A stretch of DNA of 64,000 nt from Podarcis vaucheri (lineage: Eukaryota): NCBI GenBank assembly GCA_965113315.1, contig OZ220366.1. One strand, 5' to 3'. The notes under the pieces were generated by a model. It worked only from the letters and a program-made list of their open reading frames with translations, ran no database searches and was not told the DNA's origin. Of this stretch, positions 60,237 through 64,000 are shown piece by piece. How positions within the stretch are numbered: the first letter of the stretch is position 1; every line of letters starts with the position of its first letter. Position numbers and translations under genes: made by a program.

Positions 60237-62379
60237 GGTCCAATTATTACCAATCATAGGAAAGCAGTCAGAAATTATCCCAAACTTTCCATCATATGCT
60301 TTTCGCATCTCAAATATATATGCAGTGTGATCAATTAATAAAAATTAGCTGTCATTCTTAGTATACTGCTGAACCACTGAAACAAATATGAATTCAAATT
60401 CCAGAAGCCAGGAGATGAAAATACCTTAAGCACTGCACATTTTTCTTTCTTCAAGGTTACATTGCTTTTTATGAAAAACATCTTCTTTCTTGGTCTGCTT
60501 TTTGTCCAAAACATAGCACTAGCTAACATCTATCAAGATGGAAAGAGGTTCTACTGAAAAATATTTTAATATATTTTCCTTGAATTATATCAAATACTCT
60601 TCAGTTAATTTTCACTAATGGAATGGTTGCTTGATCTTCTTATATGGACAATAAATGATGATCCCAACTCTGCATTAAAAAAAAAGTAAAATGGCTACTT
60701 ACTTTTTATATTACAATCAAGCAGTATTTAAATGTTGTTAAATTAACAAAATAAAGTACAATTGATTACATTTAATTTCCTATTAACTAACCTAGCTGTG
60801 TACAAAAAAAAACAATATGAAGAAACAGCACCATATAATCCCAGCACCCTTCCTGCTTCTCTTCTCTCATCTTTCTCTACCAGCACAATGTCCTTCCTTA
60901 GAGCAATATATGCATCAAAGCTTCTAATCCTTACAAGTTACCATGTCCTCCACATAAATCATCAGTTACTTTCCCTCCCTTTGACTTCTCCCACCTCCAT
61001 TGCTTTTGTTATTGTGCTCCTCCTTTTGCCTGCAACACCTCATGCTCTCTACTTATCAAGCAACTTCCTTCTTGCGGTCAACAATAGTGAACATTTCCCT
61101 GACCTCTACCTTTCCAAATCTCTCTGGTTAACATAGATCGTAAACCCATTAAAGTCGAGGGCTGTGACATGGCTTTGTTCTGTACAATAACCAGGAATAT
61201 GTGATGCTGCAAATCCTGTTATGGAGTGGTCTGGAGACCTGAGTTTTGGAACTCTGGGGCAGCTTCTTGATCTCCTGCTCTTTGCTCTTCCCCAAAAAAC
61301 TGTTGTTGTTTTATTTTGATGATAGGATGGTTGATCATCGTGTTGGTGAGATCCCAATGTACCCACTGTCTTAATTTCCCAGAGGCATCTATACATATAA
61401 AATAAGGACACGCATAGTTTTGCTCAGGTGCCCTGCCAAGTGTGTTAAACAGCAGTGGATAGCCATTAAGACTTCAGATCCATCAGTCCTGTCAAGGATA
61501 GCTCCAGATTTTCAGGTACTCCCAAGCAAGCCTTCTTCCTCAGTAAGATCACATTCCTTACTTCCATAATACTTAATTCACTAAATACTGGGAAAAGAGG
61601 AAGAAGGGTAGATTAAAGATTGTGCTGGAGCTATGGCTCAATTCAGCATCCCCTTCAAACATCTATGGACCCCAGGGAGTAGTCTGATGACCTTGATTGC
61701 TGCTGCCACCAACTACTTACATATATATGGGAGAACATCTAGTCCCAGGAAAGGCGTTTATGAAACGGTCATTAAACACTAGTTATAGCAGGCCATTTAC
61801 ATCGGCCCTGACCAAGGTGCATAAAGGTGTATATCCTTTCCATCCATTGGAAGGAAGAAATTCTGAAGCGGCTTCCACTTCCCAAACTCCCAAGGGCAGG
61901 GCACGTCCAGCAGAAGAGGGAGAAGCAAGACACACCATTATTCCCTTGGTGCTAAAGATGTAACAAATGGTGGAGATTTGGTGGGGAGGAGGGAGGGAGA
62001 CGAAGAAGCCTCCGCCGCCACCACCACCACACCACCCCCCTTTTTTGGGGGAAGGATCCAACTCGCTAAACAACACCCTCTGGTCCCATACTCAAAATAA
62101 CAAACGCAGGTCCAGCACTGCCTCCTTTATGACGCCACCTTAGGAGCCAACTCCTGGGGCTGAGGTCACTTCAGGACCCCCCCCCCATAAAACATTGGAG
62201 GGGTCCAGGCTTGGGTGTAACCATGATTTATTTTGGGGGGGGGCAGGCATGATGTTAGGGGAGGCAGAACCAAGTTATCTGTGCCGCAACTGGTCAGTTA
62301 TTTTATTTATTTACGTGATTTTTTTTGGGGGGGGTCCAGCCCTATGGGTCTAAAGGGCCCCCGGCTCTGAAGTTGATGG

Positions 62380-64000
62380 ACACTGCCACTCAAATCGTGT
62401 GCATGCACCGTGTCATGAGGTCGCGCGCGAGGGTGGGCCGCCGAAGGATCCAGTTTCGGAGCCTCTTCCTTCTTTCATTTCAAACCTGGATCCCTCAGTC
62501 TCGTCAGGGCCGACAGGAAAGTGAGGGAAAGAAGCGGGAGAGGGAGTGGCGAACGACATAGCACTTCCTCTCTCCCCCCCCCACTCTACCTCACCTCGCA
62601 TCGCCTCACCTGCACGGAAAGGTCCCACCGCAGCCGAGCCACCGCCGAAGAAGCCGAGCCACGTCCCCATCCTCCTCACCTCCACGCCGCCTCCCTTCCT
62701 CGTTCTCTCAGGTGACCAATCGAATCCCTCGGAGGAGCCGCCTAGCCAAGCTCGCGCCCTCAGCCAACCAGAAACGGAGGGCTCCGCCCCCTCTCCATAG
62801 CGAACCCCCTGCCATTACCTCACCCGTCAAAAACAACCACTCGGCTTCTCTCGGCGTGAAGGAGCACAGCGGAGCGACTCGCCGGCGCTTTCCCTCGCTT
62901 TCGTTTCTTTTTTTAACGCCTTGTGGGAAATGTAGTCCTCCTGGATGGACTGTGGGAAATGTAGTGAACGGGATTGTACAGTATAGAGACAGGGGGTTCA
63001 GTAATCGCAACCGCCTCCGTTGCGGTGCATTGTGGGAAGTATAGAATTCCCACTCCACCCCTCCCACGCTCGCATCGGCCATAGAGGTAAGATATTGACA
63101 GAGCTACAATAGAATGGAGGTGGGACTTCCTGGTTTCCTTTGACGCTCTTTTTTGCCGCTTTACTATACGACGGAATGGGAAGACGTCGGAAGAAAAACA
63201 ATGGGGAAAGGCAGTATATGGGTATAGCTGCTCCCGAGCAGCAGTATGCCTAGCCAGAAACAGAAGGTAACAGCAAAGGGCGTGTTATTTTCGACTCGGC
63301 TTTTATTTTGTGTGGGAAATGTGGGTGGGAATTCTTAAAATTGCATTGACTGTACCAAAACAGCCGTCGTATCCTGCCTTCAAATCTGTGCTTCTACGTG
63401 CAGTTCTGCGCTGAACTGATCTGAGGGCGGGATTACCTTGTTGCAACATGGTGTTTTTGTACGAGGGATATTTTTGAGGCTGTAAATGCAAACTGGCCTC
63501 AGCATCCCCATATATAATAGTGCAAGTTAAAAAAGGAGGCTGCATCTTTCCAGGCTACGGCAAAAAAACAAGAGAGTCTCCCACCTTAGATCTCCTCTCA
63601 GCCCAAATCCAGCACTGAACTGCGTGCAGACGTCTTGTGCTTCAACAAGCTGCATACGAGTGCATTGCTCACTTTAAAATGGTTAATAACGTAAAAAAAT
63701 AATAATGGCAAGACCAGCGCTAAAAAGAAAATCAATCCTTTGTAGAGGGCTTGCTGTTGCGCAGTTACAGGGGACGGGGAATCCCGAGTTTCTCCAGCTT
63801 TTTGTCTCCCTTGTGACGCTCGAAGCAAACAAACAAACAAAAAAAGTTAGCCCAGAAGTGAGACGCTACGCACGAGTCTACTATTACACATCTATGGCAG
63901 CAGCCGGTTGATAGCGGAGTGCACCATGGGTAACGTAGTTCCTCCTTCCCCTTCTCGCTCTTGTCGGGCCTTGCATGATTCCCCCCAGCGCTGCTACCTC
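62380..64000. promoter_or_regulatory. CpG-rich, probably bidirectional promoter: TMCO3 non-coding exon 1 (-) and a head-to-head gene (+), likely DCUN1D2
   Basis: Minus-strand donor CAG|GTGAGG at 62609; CCAAT 62716-62720; GC box 62782-62790; ZNF143/Staf-type motifs at 62924-62936, 62953-62965, 63026-63038 and 63920-63939. DCUN1D2 is inferred only from recalled synteny. Confidence 0.75.

Noticed and set aside
60840-61450. Pyrimidine-rich stretch with 124-aa and 101-aa ORFs, possibly old LINE sequence
   Set aside because: Too degraded to assign by eye; no convincing motif.
62325-63201. Overlapping ORFs at the window end
   Set aside because: Same GC-island artefact; no DCUN1D2 or other coding sequence is recognisable inside the window.
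63921-63936. CACCATGG GTAACG as the DCUN1D2 start exon
   Set aside because: The donor would fall after ATGG, not after ATG as I recall for this family, and the sequence is better explained as a ZNF143 motif. It cannot be settled without downstream sequence.

Overview
Vertebrate nuclear DNA, almost certainly from a squamate and probably a lacertid lizard (it carries a Sauria SINE and lizard-type L2, CR1, hAT and Tc1/mariner elements). The window holds three complete spliced genes whose exons I rebuilt by hand from GT-AG boundaries. ATP4B (+, 7 coding exons, 685-6142, 287 aa) is the gastric H+/K+-ATPase beta subunit. TFDP1 (-, 11 coding exons, 33204-10550, 412 aa) is the E2F dimerisation partner DP-1. 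TMCO3 (-, 12 coding exons, 60236-40576, 678 aa) is a CPA2-type cation/H+ antiporter-like protein. The window ends in a ZNF143-motif-rich CpG promoter, probably shared head-to-head with DCUN1D2, which matches the gene order I recall for human 13q34. Introns and intergenic DNA are full of transposon relics, and there is one 133-N gap. I see no convincing new multi-gene system. The best leads are regulatory or evolutionary: loss of the ATP4B Tyr20 endocytosis motif, a dense GATA cluster at ATP4B, a NAGNAG Gln switch in the DP-1 DNA-binding domain, a palindromic two-way poly(A) signal, a YY1/ETS promoter-like element inside TFDP1, candidate divergent antisense exons, a uAUG-rich TMCO3 leader, a fish-like IR/DR Tc1 fossil, and hAT MITEs whose arms carry the ZNF143/THAP11 motif. 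Family names and human comparisons come from recalled knowledge, not from database searches.
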